From: a virus
Lineage: Duplodnaviria > Caudoviricetes
IMG/VR virus record: IMGVR_UViG_3300033153_003434
Coordinates: 1 to 61,040 of that record
DNA length: 61,040 nt
Direction: 5' to 3' (one strand)
Each line of letters starts with the position of its first letter. Within the stretch, counting starts at the first letter, position 1. The notes beneath the pieces were generated by a model. The model ran no database searches and was not told the origin of the DNA. It was given only the letters and a program-made list of their open reading frames with translations. Positions 10,864 to 21,746 of this stretch are shown here, piece after piece. The position numbers were made by a program, and so were the translations under genes.

Positions 10864-13007
10864 TGACATCTTTAGTATATAAAAATAGTTCGACTAGTGA
10901 TAATAAATTAGTTACTGGTGTTGATATTAATAGTAATAACATTCAGATTAGTACTGGTGGTGGTCTTATGGATGGTTATTTCTTTTACGATGCTAGTTAC
11001 CAGTTTACAACAGCTATTAGTGATACAAACGCATTTGATTATTTCAAAAATATTGGAACATTATTTGCTTGTCACTTCATACCAAGTGCTTTAGATGAAA
11101 CGTACGAATTATTTTACCAACATAATAATAAAGCATCTGATGATGACCAATATATAAAAATATACATTCTTGATGGTGATTTAAAAATAGATATAAAGGG
11201 GCAACAAGGTACAACAGCACACACACTTAATACAAAAACAAATTTTATAGATTCTGATGATTTAAATACGAAAGTTTCTATAATAGTTCATATATATGAT
11301 GACGATTTGGGTGCGTTAGATTGGGTTGTACACAAAAACGGTGAAACATCAGTAGGATATAATGATGATGTACCTTTTACGTTTGATATTACAGACCCAG
11401 GTAGATATATAAAATTTGGACAACTTACTGGTTATGCACATGATTTATATATGACTAATATAATTATTAGAGATTTGGGGTTTACATCTCAACAGAAACG
11501 AGATTATCATAATGGTTCATTATTTACAACATCAAGCGAAATTGTATATTATGGCGGTGGTCAATTCACAGATATCGATAACACCATAGTTTATAATAGT
11601 GGTACTGATAGTTCAGTTGGTGATGCAGATTTAACACAAGGTACTGATAGTGGTAACGAAGATGAGTTCTTTATTGATGAACCTTTGGTAGTCAGTGAAG
11701 TTTCTTACCATAAAATGTTTGATGGGGATATTCATAATAATATAATGACAACTGCTAATATTGGGGCTGATTTACTAACAGATGGTAGTAAACCTAACAA
11801 AACATATACTACTGATTATTTAAATGGTCAAATAAATGAAATAAAAGCCGAAGCACTAACACAAGCATTGGTAGACGAAAACAAATCATTTGGATATACT
11901 ATTAATGATGATTATTGTACCGCTTATTTATGTTGCTTGAAAGGCACAGGTGCTGATGAACTTACTTCTATACAATGTGTGTTTAATAATAGATATTATG
12001 ATTCTACACATGGTTATTGTTCACAAGTAAGACCATGTAACGACTCAACAACATGGACTGCTGTTGATACTGAATATATTGGTTATGAATGGATGAATAA
12101 TTTTCAAAGAAAATGGTTTGGAATGTATAAAGAAAATACTTTAGATAGTCATTTACCAGACAATGCGTATTTTGTTGTTAATTGGGCGGATTACGGAATT
12201 GATAATTCTTATCATACTCGTTATGTAGGGGGTTGGAATTTTTATGCAAATACTGTTGTATATAATAATTATCATCATGTTAATATCTTTGATACACACC
12301 ATACAAATAAGTTCTTTGTAGTTGATAACATTGATAATTCTGTTGTTGCCGATAGACATCCCGATATAAGAGTTTCTAACAATGCAGATGATACAAACTT
12401 TTTCCATCAAATAGGTGCAGATGCTCCATATGTATATGATTCACAAGCAACTGCAAGGACAATAGGTGATTCTATTTTTGATAGGTTGAAAGTTGGTAAA
12501 AGTATTGATGCTAATAGTATGATAATACCCGAAGGTAGATATATGGTTAATATGAATTATTCACAGTTTATGAAAAGAGCTACGACATATCCTTGGGATG
12601 AAATACCTTTCAAAAAAATTGTAACTTTGGGATATTTTATATTTAGAGTAGATACAACGACTAATAAATTTAGTGTGTATGATTATTATATAGATTTCAA
12701 CGATGGTGGTGAATTAGATTTAATGGATGTCGATGTAGACGCACTTGAATGGGCAACCGATGAAAATACTTCTTATAAATTTTTCGATATACCATCAGTA
12801 AGTAATGATTTATATATATTCTCACCAATATATTCTAATGTGATTATTGCTGGTAAAACAGGACATTTCCCAACATTAGTAGACCCTAAAGGTACTAATA
12901 ACAAAGGGTATTATTTTGAAGGTAAAGTACCACTTTTTGAAAATGAAGATAAATTAGTACCAAAAACAACAGCAAGATTTACAATCAAAAAAATAGAGGA
13001 TTTATAA
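10863..13007 (+). CDS. Virion/fibre protein, N-terminal concanavalin-A/LamG-like beta-sandwich likely
   Basis: 714 aa, acidic and aromatic-rich; translationally coupled to upstream gene. Confidence 0.5.
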   Translation: MTSLVYKNSSTSDNKLVTGVDINSNNIQISTGGGLMDGYFFYDASYQFTTAISDTNAFDYFKNIGTLFACHFIPSALDETYELFYQHNNKASDDDQYIKIYILDGDLKIDIKGQQGTTAHTLNTKTNFIDSDDLNTKVSIIVHIYDDDLGALDWVVHKNGETSVGYNDDVPFTFDITDPGRYIKFGQLTGYAHDLYMTNIIIRDLGFTSQQKRDYHNGSLFTTSSEIVYYGGGQFTDIDNTIVYNSGTDSSVGDADLTQGTDSGNEDEFFIDEPLVVSEVSYHKMFDGDIHNNIMTTANIGADLLTDGSKPNKTYTTDYLNGQINEIKAEALTQALVDENKSFGYTINDDYCTAYLCCLKGTGADELTSIQCVFNNRYYDSTHGYCSQVRPCNDSTTWTAVDTEYIGYEWMNNFQRKWFGMYKENTLDSHLPDNAYFVVNWADYGIDNSYHTRYVGGWNFYANTVVYNNYHHVNIFDTHHTNKFFVVDNIDNSVVADRHPDIRVSNNADDTNFFHQIGADAPYVYDSQATARTIGDSIFDRLKVGKSIDANSMIIPEGRYMVNMNYSQFMKRATTYPWDEIPFKKIVTLGYFIFRVDTTTNKFSVYDYYIDFNDGGELDLMDVDVDALEWATDENTSYKFFDIPSVSNDLYIFSPIYSNVIIAGKTGHFPTLVDPKGTNNKGYYFEGKVPLFENEDKLVPKTTARFTIKKIEDL

Positions 13008-13008
13008 T

Positions 13009-13965
13009 ATGAGTAGTTTAATAGTAAAAGTAGATTCATCTTCTACAAATAAAAACATATTTAATTTACCGATAAATGTAAGTGACGATAATTTAGAATT
13101 AACAGCTTATAGTTACATTACAAGTTATAAACAACTTGAAGAAGACTATGCTGTTAATCAAGTATTAACAACAGATGTATTAACAGATGATTACACCGAT
13201 ACTACGGATAATAAAGTGTTAAGTTGTGAAGGTTTTTCTGTTTTCAAAAACCAAATATTAGATATTGTGAATGATTCTATGAATAATCAAGTTGCTTATA
13301 TAGATTATTATAGTACTACCGCCACTTTAGCTAACACATATCTACATAATTGTATGGCTTTAATGGGAGAAGGTGAAGATGATTATAACAGCAATTATTT
13401 TGGATGGGATGATGATTTGTTTGATACCGTTGATACAGCAACTTTATTTGATGTTGCTAATCATTACACTGCTGGAGAAGGCGAATTTGTATTCTTAAAA
13501 ATATTACTAAATGGTGTATATAGAATAAATTATAATTTAACCATAAATGTTGCGAATGATACAACGGAAGAAGCTACAGTTACACCGATTATAAAAATTA
13601 TAAGGGGTGAGAGTAATGGAGACACACCAGCACATCTTATACACCATAATAGAGTTTATGATGACACTTTAGATGTTGGTAGCGAAGACCCAAGAACACA
13701 AGCACAAAATATGTCATATTTAGTTAATGATGAAACAGCCCAAACATTTAGTTTTACAGGGGCGGAAAAATATATATTTACACAATCAGGAAGTACTACA
13801 TTTACATATAATGGAACAATAGATGAATATATTGGAATTTTCTGTGGTGCAACTTTAACAATAAACCCTGCACCTGGTAGTGCTACAATGACATTAGAAG
13901 ATTTTGAAAGTGATGATAAACACTTCCACTTTACAGCAAACATAGAATTCTTAGGAACTGTATAA
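13009..13965 (+). CDS. Virion/fibre protein with C-terminal C1q/TNF-like jelly roll (tentative)
   Basis: NGVYRINYNL motif; N-terminus (MSSLIVKVDSSSTNK) resembles that of the upstream gene (MTSLVYKNSSTSDNK). Confidence 0.5.
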   Translation: MSSLIVKVDSSSTNKNIFNLPINVSDDNLELTAYSYITSYKQLEEDYAVNQVLTTDVLTDDYTDTTDNKVLSCEGFSVFKNQILDIVNDSMNNQVAYIDYYSTTATLANTYLHNCMALMGEGEDDYNSNYFGWDDDLFDTVDTATLFDVANHYTAGEGEFVFLKILLNGVYRINYNLTINVANDTTEEATVTPIIKIIRGESNGDTPAHLIHHNRVYDDTLDVGSEDPRTQAQNMSYLVNDETAQTFSFTGAEKYIFTQSGSTTFTYNGTIDEYIGIFCGATLTINPAPGSATMTLEDFESDDKHFHFTANIEFLGTV

Positions 13966-13968
13966 ATA
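13961..13968 (+). promoter_or_regulatory. T4-type late promoter TATAAATA (tandem copies follow)
   Basis: Exact TATAAATA upstream of the 14006 ORF. Confidence 0.6.
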
Positions 13969-14005
13969 TAAATAATAATATAAATAATAATAAAAAGGAT
14001 ATAAA

Positions 14006-14323
14006 ATGAAAAAACTAACCGAAATGTACAACGAAATAATAAATGAAAAAAGAGAAATATGTCAAATATGTAAACAAAATGTATCAAGAAGGAGTTGTTA
14101 CCTGTGTGGTATATATGTGTGTAATGATTGTAGTGTTGTTTATCATAGCAACGAATTGGGACAAGGACCTAAATTATGTTTAAAATGTGCAGTTGAAAGT
14201 GATAAACACGAAAATGCTGGCGGGTTTGATTATAGAACGGCAACTAAATATACATACACTACTGTAAATGGTGATGAAATAACAATAAATCCAACTAATT
14301 ACCAAATAATAAAAAGGATATAA
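14006..14323 (+). CDS. Small Zn-finger protein with capsid-targeting-like leader
   Basis: MKKLTEMYNEIINE then four CxxC pairs. Confidence 0.7.
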   Translation: MKKLTEMYNEIINEKREICQICKQNVSRRSCYLCGIYVCNDCSVVYHSNELGQGPKLCLKCAVESDKHENAGGFDYRTATKYTYTTVNGDEITINPTNYQIIKRI

Positions 14324-14334
14324 AAGGATATAAA

Positions 14335-15339
14335 ATGAATATAAAAGGTACTGAAATAGAAAATGTTATAATAGACTCAATACGTGAAGTTTTGGGTAAA
14401 TATACCACTATTAGAACTCAATCAGAATGGAAAGATGTTAAATGGGATAAAAAATCAGGTAAAGTTGTAATAGATGGTCAAGAAAGAAAACTTGGTAAAA
14501 CAATAGCACAATTAACAAATTTAAGTCCAGGACCTGATGATTATAAATTAAATAGAATACTTGGTTTAATACAAGCTGGTGGTTTTGAAGAATCAATAGA
14601 AATTAGATTAGAAGATAATGCTACTGATATTTATTCAAGAGCATTTAAGGATTCTAGAATTTCAAGTTGTATGGTTGATAAACCAAACCAAACTTGTTTT
14701 TATGATAATACACCTGATATAAAAATGGCTGCGATGTATGATAAGGCGACTGGTAAAGTTATTGGTAGAGCTATTGTATATGAAGAAGTATTTGGTAAAA
14801 GTGGTAAAAAATATACATTTATGGACCAGGTTTACCCACTTGGTAGAACAAAATATGAAGGTGCATACACAAGATTTCTTCAAGAAAGATATGAAAATGT
14901 GATTAGAAGAAGTAGTGGTTATTCAAGTAATTATAGAACTACTGCAAATGAAGCAATATATTATCCATTAAAGTATGATGCGAGAAAACCAGAAGAATGG
15001 AAATTAGCAAAAATGGATACATTATACTATCTTGTTCAAATGGAAGATGGTAGATATGCTTTAACTGATAGTCATAAAGATTTTGCAAAAGAAAAGGGTA
15101 TATATTATTATGTAATGGGGATGGAAACAAATTATGTAAAACTAAACCCTGTTTATATAAAGAAGTCTAATGATTTTCATAAAGAAATACCAAGAAAAGC
15201 TAAAAGAGGTAGACCAAGAAAGAATCCATACCCACTACCAGAAGGATTATCAGAAGAAGTAATGGAAAAAATTATGGTTGATGAACTTCTTGAAACAGAT
15301 GAAACAAAATTATTTGATGTATACGGGAATATGCTATAA
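14335..15339 (+). CDS. Cys-GNAT-like (PcfJ-like) family paralog 1, with AT-hook
   Basis: SSCM, IGRAIVY, FMDQVYP, KMDTL motifs shared with the 37-44 kb cluster; KRGRPRK near C-terminus. Confidence 0.65.
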   Translation: MNIKGTEIENVIIDSIREVLGKYTTIRTQSEWKDVKWDKKSGKVVIDGQERKLGKTIAQLTNLSPGPDDYKLNRILGLIQAGGFEESIEIRLEDNATDIYSRAFKDSRISSCMVDKPNQTCFYDNTPDIKMAAMYDKATGKVIGRAIVYEEVFGKSGKKYTFMDQVYPLGRTKYEGAYTRFLQERYENVIRRSSGYSSNYRTTANEAIYYPLKYDARKPEEWKLAKMDTLYYLVQMEDGRYALTDSHKDFAKEKGIYYYVMGMETNYVKLNPVYIKKSNDFHKEIPRKAKRGRPRKNPYPLPEGLSEEVMEKIMVDELLETDETKLFDVYGNML

Positions 15340-15349
15340 AAATACTATC

Positions 15350-15373
15350 AAGGCAGGTTGAAAAACCTGCTTT
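15350..15373 (+). terminator. Probable intrinsic terminator hairpin
   Basis: aggcaggtt-gaaa-aacctgcttt just after the stop codon. Confidence 0.55.
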
Positions 15374-15388
15374 AGATAAATATATTCT

Positions 15389-15396
15389 TATAAATA
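15389..15396 (+). promoter_or_regulatory. Late promoter TATAAATA for the terminase operon
   Basis: Exact motif upstream of the AGGAG RBS of the 15423 ORF. Confidence 0.65.
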
Positions 15397-15422
15397 AAGA
15401 TATAAACAAACAGGAGAATACA

Positions 15423-15809
15423 ATGGAAAGTAACACTTATCAATTGATAATTGAAATACTTGAGCCCTCAACTAATACATTACTATTCAGTAAAATAGAG
15501 CCAAGTATATCCAAATTTAGCATCAGAAGGGAATTAATAAGCGATATCAATACATTTGATAAAGTATTGGATATTAAAAACGAATACTTAACACAAGAAA
15601 ACAGAGAACTACATCAATCTGATAGACATTGGTACAACTATACAAGTTTTGAGGATAAAGAATCTAATGAACTTATTCATTTAGATGTTGATGATTTAGG
15701 TGCTTTTTCAGGTGAAGATAAAATGTCTTTTGTTAATTGTCATGTTGTAATTAGAAGTAATAAAGATGGGAGTATATTATATGAGTTCGGAGAAAAAGAA
15801 GAAAAATAA
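15423..15809 (+). CDS. Hypothetical protein upstream of terminase
   Basis: 128-aa ORF with AGGAG RBS. Confidence 0.65.
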   Translation: MESNTYQLIIEILEPSTNTLLFSKIEPSISKFSIRRELISDINTFDKVLDIKNEYLTQENRELHQSDRHWYNYTSFEDKESNELIHLDVDDLGAFSGEDKMSFVNCHVVIRSNKDGSILYEFGEKEEK

Positions 15810-16380
15810 AGACACAGATTTAATACCAATTGAAGAATTAGCTGGTTTAAATTCTGATGTCAAAGATATATTAGATGGTGGTGATTATTCATCAGAAATT
15901 CTAGATTTAGAACGCCAACTCGTTATAGTGAAAGAAAAAGAGCAAGAATCATTAACCCCAGTTAAATATGATAAAACTAACGAATTAGAAACAAAAACAC
16001 CATTTACTACAGATGAAGTATTTAGGGATTATGTTGAAATTCGTGATAGTGTTAGAGCTACTAATCAAAGTTTAAAAGATTTGATAGCAAGTGTGCCGTT
16101 AGAGGGTGGGATGTTGAAACCAATAATGTTACAAACGATATCACAATTATATCGTACACTACATGCTAACATGAAGTTGTGGATGGAAATGCACAAAGAT
16201 ATTAGAAATAATATGTCAGATGCGCCAGTATTAACCCCAGGTCAACAAGTTAAAGAGCAACATAACACATTTAACTTCACAGGAACAACAAGTGATGTAA
16301 TTGACCGTATGAATAATGGTGTTAAAAATGTAACAGGTATAGGTGCGGAAACTGTAGAAGCAGAGGTAATAGATGACTAA
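15781..16380 (+). CDS. terS: Terminase small subunit (T4 gp16-like)
   Basis: Overlaps terL start; helical core DYVEIRDSV and C-terminal HNTFNFTGTTSDV strand typical of gp16 homologs; GGAG RBS before the 15781 ATG. Confidence 0.7.
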   Translation: MSSEKKKKNKDTDLIPIEELAGLNSDVKDILDGGDYSSEILDLERQLVIVKEKEQESLTPVKYDKTNELETKTPFTTDEVFRDYVEIRDSVRATNQSLKDLIASVPLEGGMLKPIMLQTISQLYRTLHANMKLWMEMHKDIRNNMSDAPVLTPGQQVKEQHNTFNFTGTTSDVIDRMNNGVKNVTGIGAETVEAEVIDD

Positions 16381-18751
16381 GAGTGCAACGTTTGACAGAG
16401 ACTATAGTGTTCTTGATGTAACACATGATATACATGGTAAGAAAATAAAAACCTATTTGAAATATGACAAAGTTAAAGCTGCAAATGTTAAAATTGGTTT
16501 TACAAAAGAAATGGAAGATGAAGTTCATAGATGTGGTACAGATTTGCTGTATTATGCCGAAAACTATTTCTATCATGTTCACCCTGATGAAGGTATGAAG
16601 AAAATTGACTTATACCCACATCAAAGGAAACAACTACCATCATTACAAAATGAAAGATTTAATATTTTCCTACAATCAAGACAGTCGGGAAAATGTGTTG
16701 ATTATAATACAACAATAGTAATTAGAAATAAATATAACCATGAAGAACAATATGTAAAGATTGGTAAATTTTATGATAAAATATACAACTCACAAAATAG
16801 TCGTCATTTGCCTATTGCAAGAGATGAACGAAAGTTTGTGGATTTAATTCGTAATGAAGATTTTGAAGTTTATACAGATACAGGTTGGCAACTATTTAGA
16901 GGAATAGGTAAAACTATACCTTACAAGAAATGGGAAATTAAAACAACAGGTCATAAACTAATATGTGCTGATGACCATTTATTATTTGTCGGTGAAAGTA
17001 AACGAATAATAAAAGCTAAACGATTACAAGTTGGTGATGCTATTACAACAAAGAAAGGAACTGAAAAAATAGTTTCTATTAAGAAGCTCAGAGATAAGAA
17101 ACCTATGTTTGATTTATTAAATGTTGAAAATGGTAAAAGATATTTCACGAATGGTTTATTAAGTCATAATTCGACAGTTGTGTCTATTTTCTGTACTTGG
17201 TATGCAATATTCAATAAAAATAAAACAGTTGTTATTATTAGTAGGGATAGGGAATCTGCAGCTGATGTACTTGAAAAGATTAAACTAAGTATTGAAAACT
17301 TACCATTTGGATTACAATGTGGTCTACGAGAGTGGAATAAATCACGTATTGACTTTGATAATGGTAGTAAAATTATTGTTAAGTCGAATGCTCGTGGTGC
17401 AACTGGTAATGTTTTATTGGTTGATGAGGCAGCATTCGTAAAAGGTTGGTCTGAGTTCTCTCAAAGTACACTACCAATTCTTGCAGTATCTAAGGATTCA
17501 AGATTAATGCTTGTATCTACACCAAATGGTAAGAACCACTTCCACGATTATTGGTGGAAAGCAAACCTTGAAGATGGTCACCCACTTAAAAAGAATAAAA
17601 AATTTGTTCCACACTTTGTACCTTGGGATGCAGTTCCAGGTCGTGACCAAGCATGGAAAGATGATATGCTTGAACTACTTGGTGGTGAAATTCGTAGTTC
17701 TGGTGGTGAAGATACCGCAGAAGCAAAATTTGAACGTGAATTCAATTGTAAATTTGATAGTAAGCTTGGTTCATTGTTACATGCTGATACATTAAGTTGG
17801 TTATCTGCAATATATAAAGAACCTTTAAAAGTTGACGAATTATACGAGCCTGAACACCCAAGTAAATTTTACAAACTTTTCGACCATAAAGAAAATATAC
17901 AAATATTCGCACATCCTGAAAAAGACCACAAATATGTAATTGGTGTAGATACGAGTACGAACACCGATACTGGCGAGGGTGATGAAACTTCGTTCCAAGT
18001 GTTAGATATTACATCTATCCCAATTAAACAAGTGGCAACATTTGAAGCTATATACGATATTCATTATAGAATGTTCCCATATATATTAGAAGTGTTAGGA
18101 TATTATTATAATGAAGCTTGGATATTTACTGAGAATAATGAGGGTGCGGGTCGGGAAACCAATAGAACCCTTGAAGATTTAGGATACGAACATCTTTATT
18201 GGGAAAATCTCACACTCGCAGGTTTCAGAACTACACAGAAAACTAAACGATTGGGGTGTAAGAATTTAAAACTAATAGCAGATAATTTTAATTTAGAAAT
18301 TTATGATATTGGAACGACTGGTCAATTAGGAAACTTTGTAAGGAAGAAAAATAGTTATGGTGGTGATGGTACAGAAGCTGATGATAAGGTTATGGCATTA
18401 ATTGCAGGGCTATTCTTTTTAATGATAGATGATGATGTTATGCTTGGAAACATTTTTGGTGATTCCGATATGGCAAATCATCATATGATATTTCAGAAAA
18501 TTATAAATAAAGGTAAGAATAGAAAAAACCAAAAATTTGAAGAAATTGCATCTATTCTTAATTCGCAAGATGCTATCGATATTTTACTTCGTGATGACCC
18601 TAGTGTTATCGAAGAAAGGATAATGCGAAACATGAACATGATAGATGAAAAGAAAACGGGTAAGAAATTTGACATATTCGATTTAATGGAAGAAGATATT
18701 AGAGAAATGGAAACTGCTTTGGGTATTAAAGATGAATATATACCATTTTAA
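16373..18751 (+). CDS. terL: Terminase large subunit (T4 gp17-like), intein-containing
   Basis: LYPHQ Q-motif, SRQSGK/ST Walker A, LLVDEAAF Walker B, VSTPNG coupling motif, IGVD and DDKVMAL nuclease motifs. Confidence 0.95.
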   Translation: MTKSATFDRDYSVLDVTHDIHGKKIKTYLKYDKVKAANVKIGFTKEMEDEVHRCGTDLLYYAENYFYHVHPDEGMKKIDLYPHQRKQLPSLQNERFNIFLQSRQSGKCVDYNTTIVIRNKYNHEEQYVKIGKFYDKIYNSQNSRHLPIARDERKFVDLIRNEDFEVYTDTGWQLFRGIGKTIPYKKWEIKTTGHKLICADDHLLFVGESKRIIKAKRLQVGDAITTKKGTEKIVSIKKLRDKKPMFDLLNVENGKRYFTNGLLSHNSTVVSIFCTWYAIFNKNKTVVIISRDRESAADVLEKIKLSIENLPFGLQCGLREWNKSRIDFDNGSKIIVKSNARGATGNVLLVDEAAFVKGWSEFSQSTLPILAVSKDSRLMLVSTPNGKNHFHDYWWKANLEDGHPLKKNKKFVPHFVPWDAVPGRDQAWKDDMLELLGGEIRSSGGEDTAEAKFEREFNCKFDSKLGSLLHADTLSWLSAIYKEPLKVDELYEPEHPSKFYKLFDHKENIQIFAHPEKDHKYVIGVDTSTNTDTGEGDETSFQVLDITSIPIKQVATFEAIYDIHYRMFPYILEVLGYYYNEAWIFTENNEGAGRETNRTLEDLGYEHLYWENLTLAGFRTTQKTKRLGCKNLKLIADNFNLEIYDIGTTGQLGNFVRKKNSYGGDGTEADDKVMALIAGLFFLMIDDDVMLGNIFGDSDMANHHMIFQKIINKGKNRKNQKFEEIASILNSQDAIDILLRDDPSVIEERIMRNMNMIDEKKTGKKFDIFDLMEEDIREMETALGIKDEYIPF
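16694..17170 (+). mobile_element. Mini-intein (159 aa, no homing endonuclease) in TerL Walker A
   Basis: Begins CVDYNT directly after GK; block B ICADDHLL; ends YFTNGLLSHN followed by Ser. Confidence 0.92.
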
Positions 18752-18761
18752 AAAAGGATAA

Positions 18762-18989
18762 ATGATGACAAACTTAAATAATTTATATGAAGAAGCATTA
18801 GCAGAAGGAACTGGTAGAATAACAGCCGAAGATTTAAATCTACTTCACGATTTAAAAATTTTAAAAAGTAGAATTTTACAAGAATTTGGAAACGATGACC
18901 ATCTCGCAGATAGATTTCACGAAATAGAAATAAGAATGGTCGATTTGTTTGGATATAGTAATAAAGTTGATAAAAATAGACGTTCTTAA
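18762..18989 (+). CDS. Small protein with capsid-targeting-like leader
   Basis: MTNLNNLYEEALAE; AGGA RBS. Confidence 0.65.
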   Translation: MMTNLNNLYEEALAEGTGRITAEDLNLLHDLKILKSRILQEFGNDDHLADRFHEIEIRMVDLFGYSNKVDKNRRS

Positions 18990-19008
18990 ATTTAAATTAG
19001 GATAAATT

Positions 19009-19338
19009 GTGAATATAGAACTATCAAGAAACTTAAGCATTTTGTGGAACGAACTAAAGATTAAGAAAGAAGATTGTTCCGATACAGAAAAAGAAATTAA
19101 AAAACACTTAAAGAAACTTAAAACTTTCAAAGAAGTATATGTTGAAAGAGTTAGTGATAAAAAATTACAATTAATATTCGCCAATGATGAAGATTTATTT
19201 GGTACTAATTATAAAATAGATTTAAATAACAACCATATAATAAAAAGTAGATATGGTTTTATTGTTATGGAATATGATTGGAAAGGTAAGTTACCAAAAT
19301 TAATAGAAAAGATAGTTATAATGGAAAGTGAAGAATAA
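19009..19338 (+). CDS. Hypothetical protein
   Basis: 109-aa ORF, GTG start after AGGA. Confidence 0.6.
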   Translation: MNIELSRNLSILWNELKIKKEDCSDTEKEIKKHLKKLKTFKEVYVERVSDKKLQLIFANDEDLFGTNYKIDLNNNHIIKSRYGFIVMEYDWKGKLPKLIEKIVIMESEE

Positions 19339-19351
19339 TATAGGATAAATA

Positions 19352-21715
19352 ATGGGATTAGAACAAAGACCAGGAATTACAATAACGGAAAATTTGATAT
19401 CATCTGTGGATGACACAAATCCTTACATACCAACAGTAGCTTTTTTATCTGCTGAAAGGGGTGTGGGTAATAAAAATACTACTGTAACAGACCAAGTAGA
19501 TTTTATTAACAAATTTGGATATCCTACTGAATATAATTATAAAACTTGGTATAATATATATGAATATTTAAGATATACTAACTATATAAACGTTATGCGT
19601 GTTGTTGACGCTGACACCTATCAAAATTATGGTATAGAATTTGGAATGTACTTTGATGGGGATAGCAACTTGCAAGTTTTAAATCGTGTGGAATTAACAA
19701 ATTATTATAATGACGATATAGCAATTAACACATTACAAAATTATACAATTGATAATGCACATACAGAATATACAGTTATAAACAGAGAAGCTACACAAAC
19801 ACAAGATATAGCAGTAAGTTTTTGTACGACAGAAGATGAATATGATAGTTCTATTACAACAGAAAATGATATTATACTAATTGAAGATGTTTGGGATGAT
19901 ATACCAACACAACTTCTAAGTGGAATGGAACTCCACCAAGTATACATATTAAATACCGATGGTACATATACTATTAAAGCAATCTCATATTTAACAGATG
20001 AAGACATACAAGAAGTATTAACAGTTGAAGATGTAAGTGGTAATTATTTAACACAAATAAAAATAACTAATAATAGTGAATTGTGGGATGGTGGAAGTTT
20101 TGCACATACTTCATTATATTTTAGAGATACTAAAAAAAGCGAATTAAATAACGAACCATTTGGTATTAGTGGTGTTTATGGTTCTAGTGGTATACCAGTT
20201 GGTGATGATGCTGAAAGTGGGGATACTGATATTTATATAGTATTAACTGAAAATGTATCACTATACGATACTACAGGAAAAGTGATATTTTATGATAAAG
20301 ATGTTGATATTACAGCAACGAGTGTGGCACAAGGTTATTTAAAATCCGAAGAATTATATATTACTATAACAGGTGGCGATTTAAGTTATGCTGATAGTGC
20401 CGACACATACGAATATGTTGCTAATGGTGGTACCAGTGGGTTGGGTTATCCTACATGTACAAGAATCGTATACGATAGTAAAATACAAAATAGTACCGAT
20501 ATTAAAACATATAGACAACTTGTACAAGATGTAGACTTTAATAAGAATTTTATTTTCTTGGTGTTTAAAAAGTATTCTGGTAAGTTTTCTTTAATGGAAG
20601 TATATGAAGTTGCCAAAGAAAGAGATACATCAATACACGCTATGTATAAACGAAATTATTGTGAAGATGTCATTAATCAAAATTCAAAATATGTTTATTT
20701 TGTTAAAACACCAGATTATATATATTTAGATACGGTAACAAGTAACAACTCCATAACAGAATTAGTATTAGAAGCAGATAACGATACTACTGATTTTACA
20801 GATTTAAATACATATTCAACTTTTGAAACCGCTACGAATTTCTATAGAAACACTGATAATATTTCTTTTAAGTATCTATTAGGAATAGAACTTAATGATG
20901 GTACAAATAATAATATGAACTTAGCACCTTTAATTGCAAACGATAGAAAAGATTGTATCGCAATTTTAAGTCCTTGGAATGAAAATGATTATCTTTCTAC
21001 CTATAATACAATGACATCAACTATTCTACACGATTTTGGTATTAAATACAATCCTATATATGTTGCCGAAAATAACACATACACAATTGTTTATGATAAT
21101 ATGAAAATGATTTATTCTGAATTTTTAGAAGAATTTATATGGGTACCTACAATTGGTGATGTTGCTGGTATATATGTGGTGGAAGATACCGTGAGTGTTT
21201 ATTCTGCTTGTGCTGGGTACAGAACACAACCAATTAAGAATGTATTAAAAATGTTACATACCGATGTATCAGATGATAATAGAGATTTATTAAGTTATAA
21301 CAGTATAAACCACATAATTAAAAATTATGAAAATAATGAATTCTATCTATATGATATTTTGATGTATCATGATAAAGATGTTCTTACAAAAAGATTAAAC
21401 ATTAGACGAACAATAAATGAATTTAAATACAGATTAAGATTATTATTAAAACCATACATATACGAATTCAATAGCTATAATTTAAGACAAGAAGTTTCTA
21501 CAAGTATAAACACTACAATTTTAAATATGATAGATGCTGGGGCTTTATACGATGGTTATGCTATATGTGATGGTTCAAATAATTCACCAAACACTATAAA
21601 TCAGAATGAATTACATATACAGATAGCATTACAGCCTACACAGGTTATAAGGCAAATTCATATTGAAATAAATATTGAAAAACAAACGCTTAATATTAGC
21701 GAAGCGGAGTTATAA
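19352..21715 (+). CDS. gp18: Tail sheath protein paralog A (T4 gp18-like)
   Basis: RPGITITE start, FGYPTEYNY, VMRVV, DRKDCIAILSP, WVPTIGDVAG, RLNIRR, ICDGSNNSPNTINQNEL. Confidence 0.9.
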   Translation: MGLEQRPGITITENLISSVDDTNPYIPTVAFLSAERGVGNKNTTVTDQVDFINKFGYPTEYNYKTWYNIYEYLRYTNYINVMRVVDADTYQNYGIEFGMYFDGDSNLQVLNRVELTNYYNDDIAINTLQNYTIDNAHTEYTVINREATQTQDIAVSFCTTEDEYDSSITTENDIILIEDVWDDIPTQLLSGMELHQVYILNTDGTYTIKAISYLTDEDIQEVLTVEDVSGNYLTQIKITNNSELWDGGSFAHTSLYFRDTKKSELNNEPFGISGVYGSSGIPVGDDAESGDTDIYIVLTENVSLYDTTGKVIFYDKDVDITATSVAQGYLKSEELYITITGGDLSYADSADTYEYVANGGTSGLGYPTCTRIVYDSKIQNSTDIKTYRQLVQDVDFNKNFIFLVFKKYSGKFSLMEVYEVAKERDTSIHAMYKRNYCEDVINQNSKYVYFVKTPDYIYLDTVTSNNSITELVLEADNDTTDFTDLNTYSTFETATNFYRNTDNISFKYLLGIELNDGTNNNMNLAPLIANDRKDCIAILSPWNENDYLSTYNTMTSTILHDFGIKYNPIYVAENNTYTIVYDNMKMIYSEFLEEFIWVPTIGDVAGIYVVEDTVSVYSACAGYRTQPIKNVLKMLHTDVSDDNRDLLSYNSINHIIKNYENNEFYLYDILMYHDKDVLTKRLNIRRTINEFKYRLRLLLKPYIYEFNSYNLRQEVSTSINTTILNMIDAGALYDGYAICDGSNNSPNTINQNELHIQIALQPTQVIRQIHIEINIEKQTLNISEAEL

Positions 21716-21717
21716 TT

Positions 21718-21725
21718 TATAAATA
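21718..21725 (+). promoter_or_regulatory. Late promoter TATAAATA
   Basis: Exact motif in intergenic gap. Confidence 0.6.
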
Positions 21726-21746
21726 ATAATATAAAAGGATTTTGAT

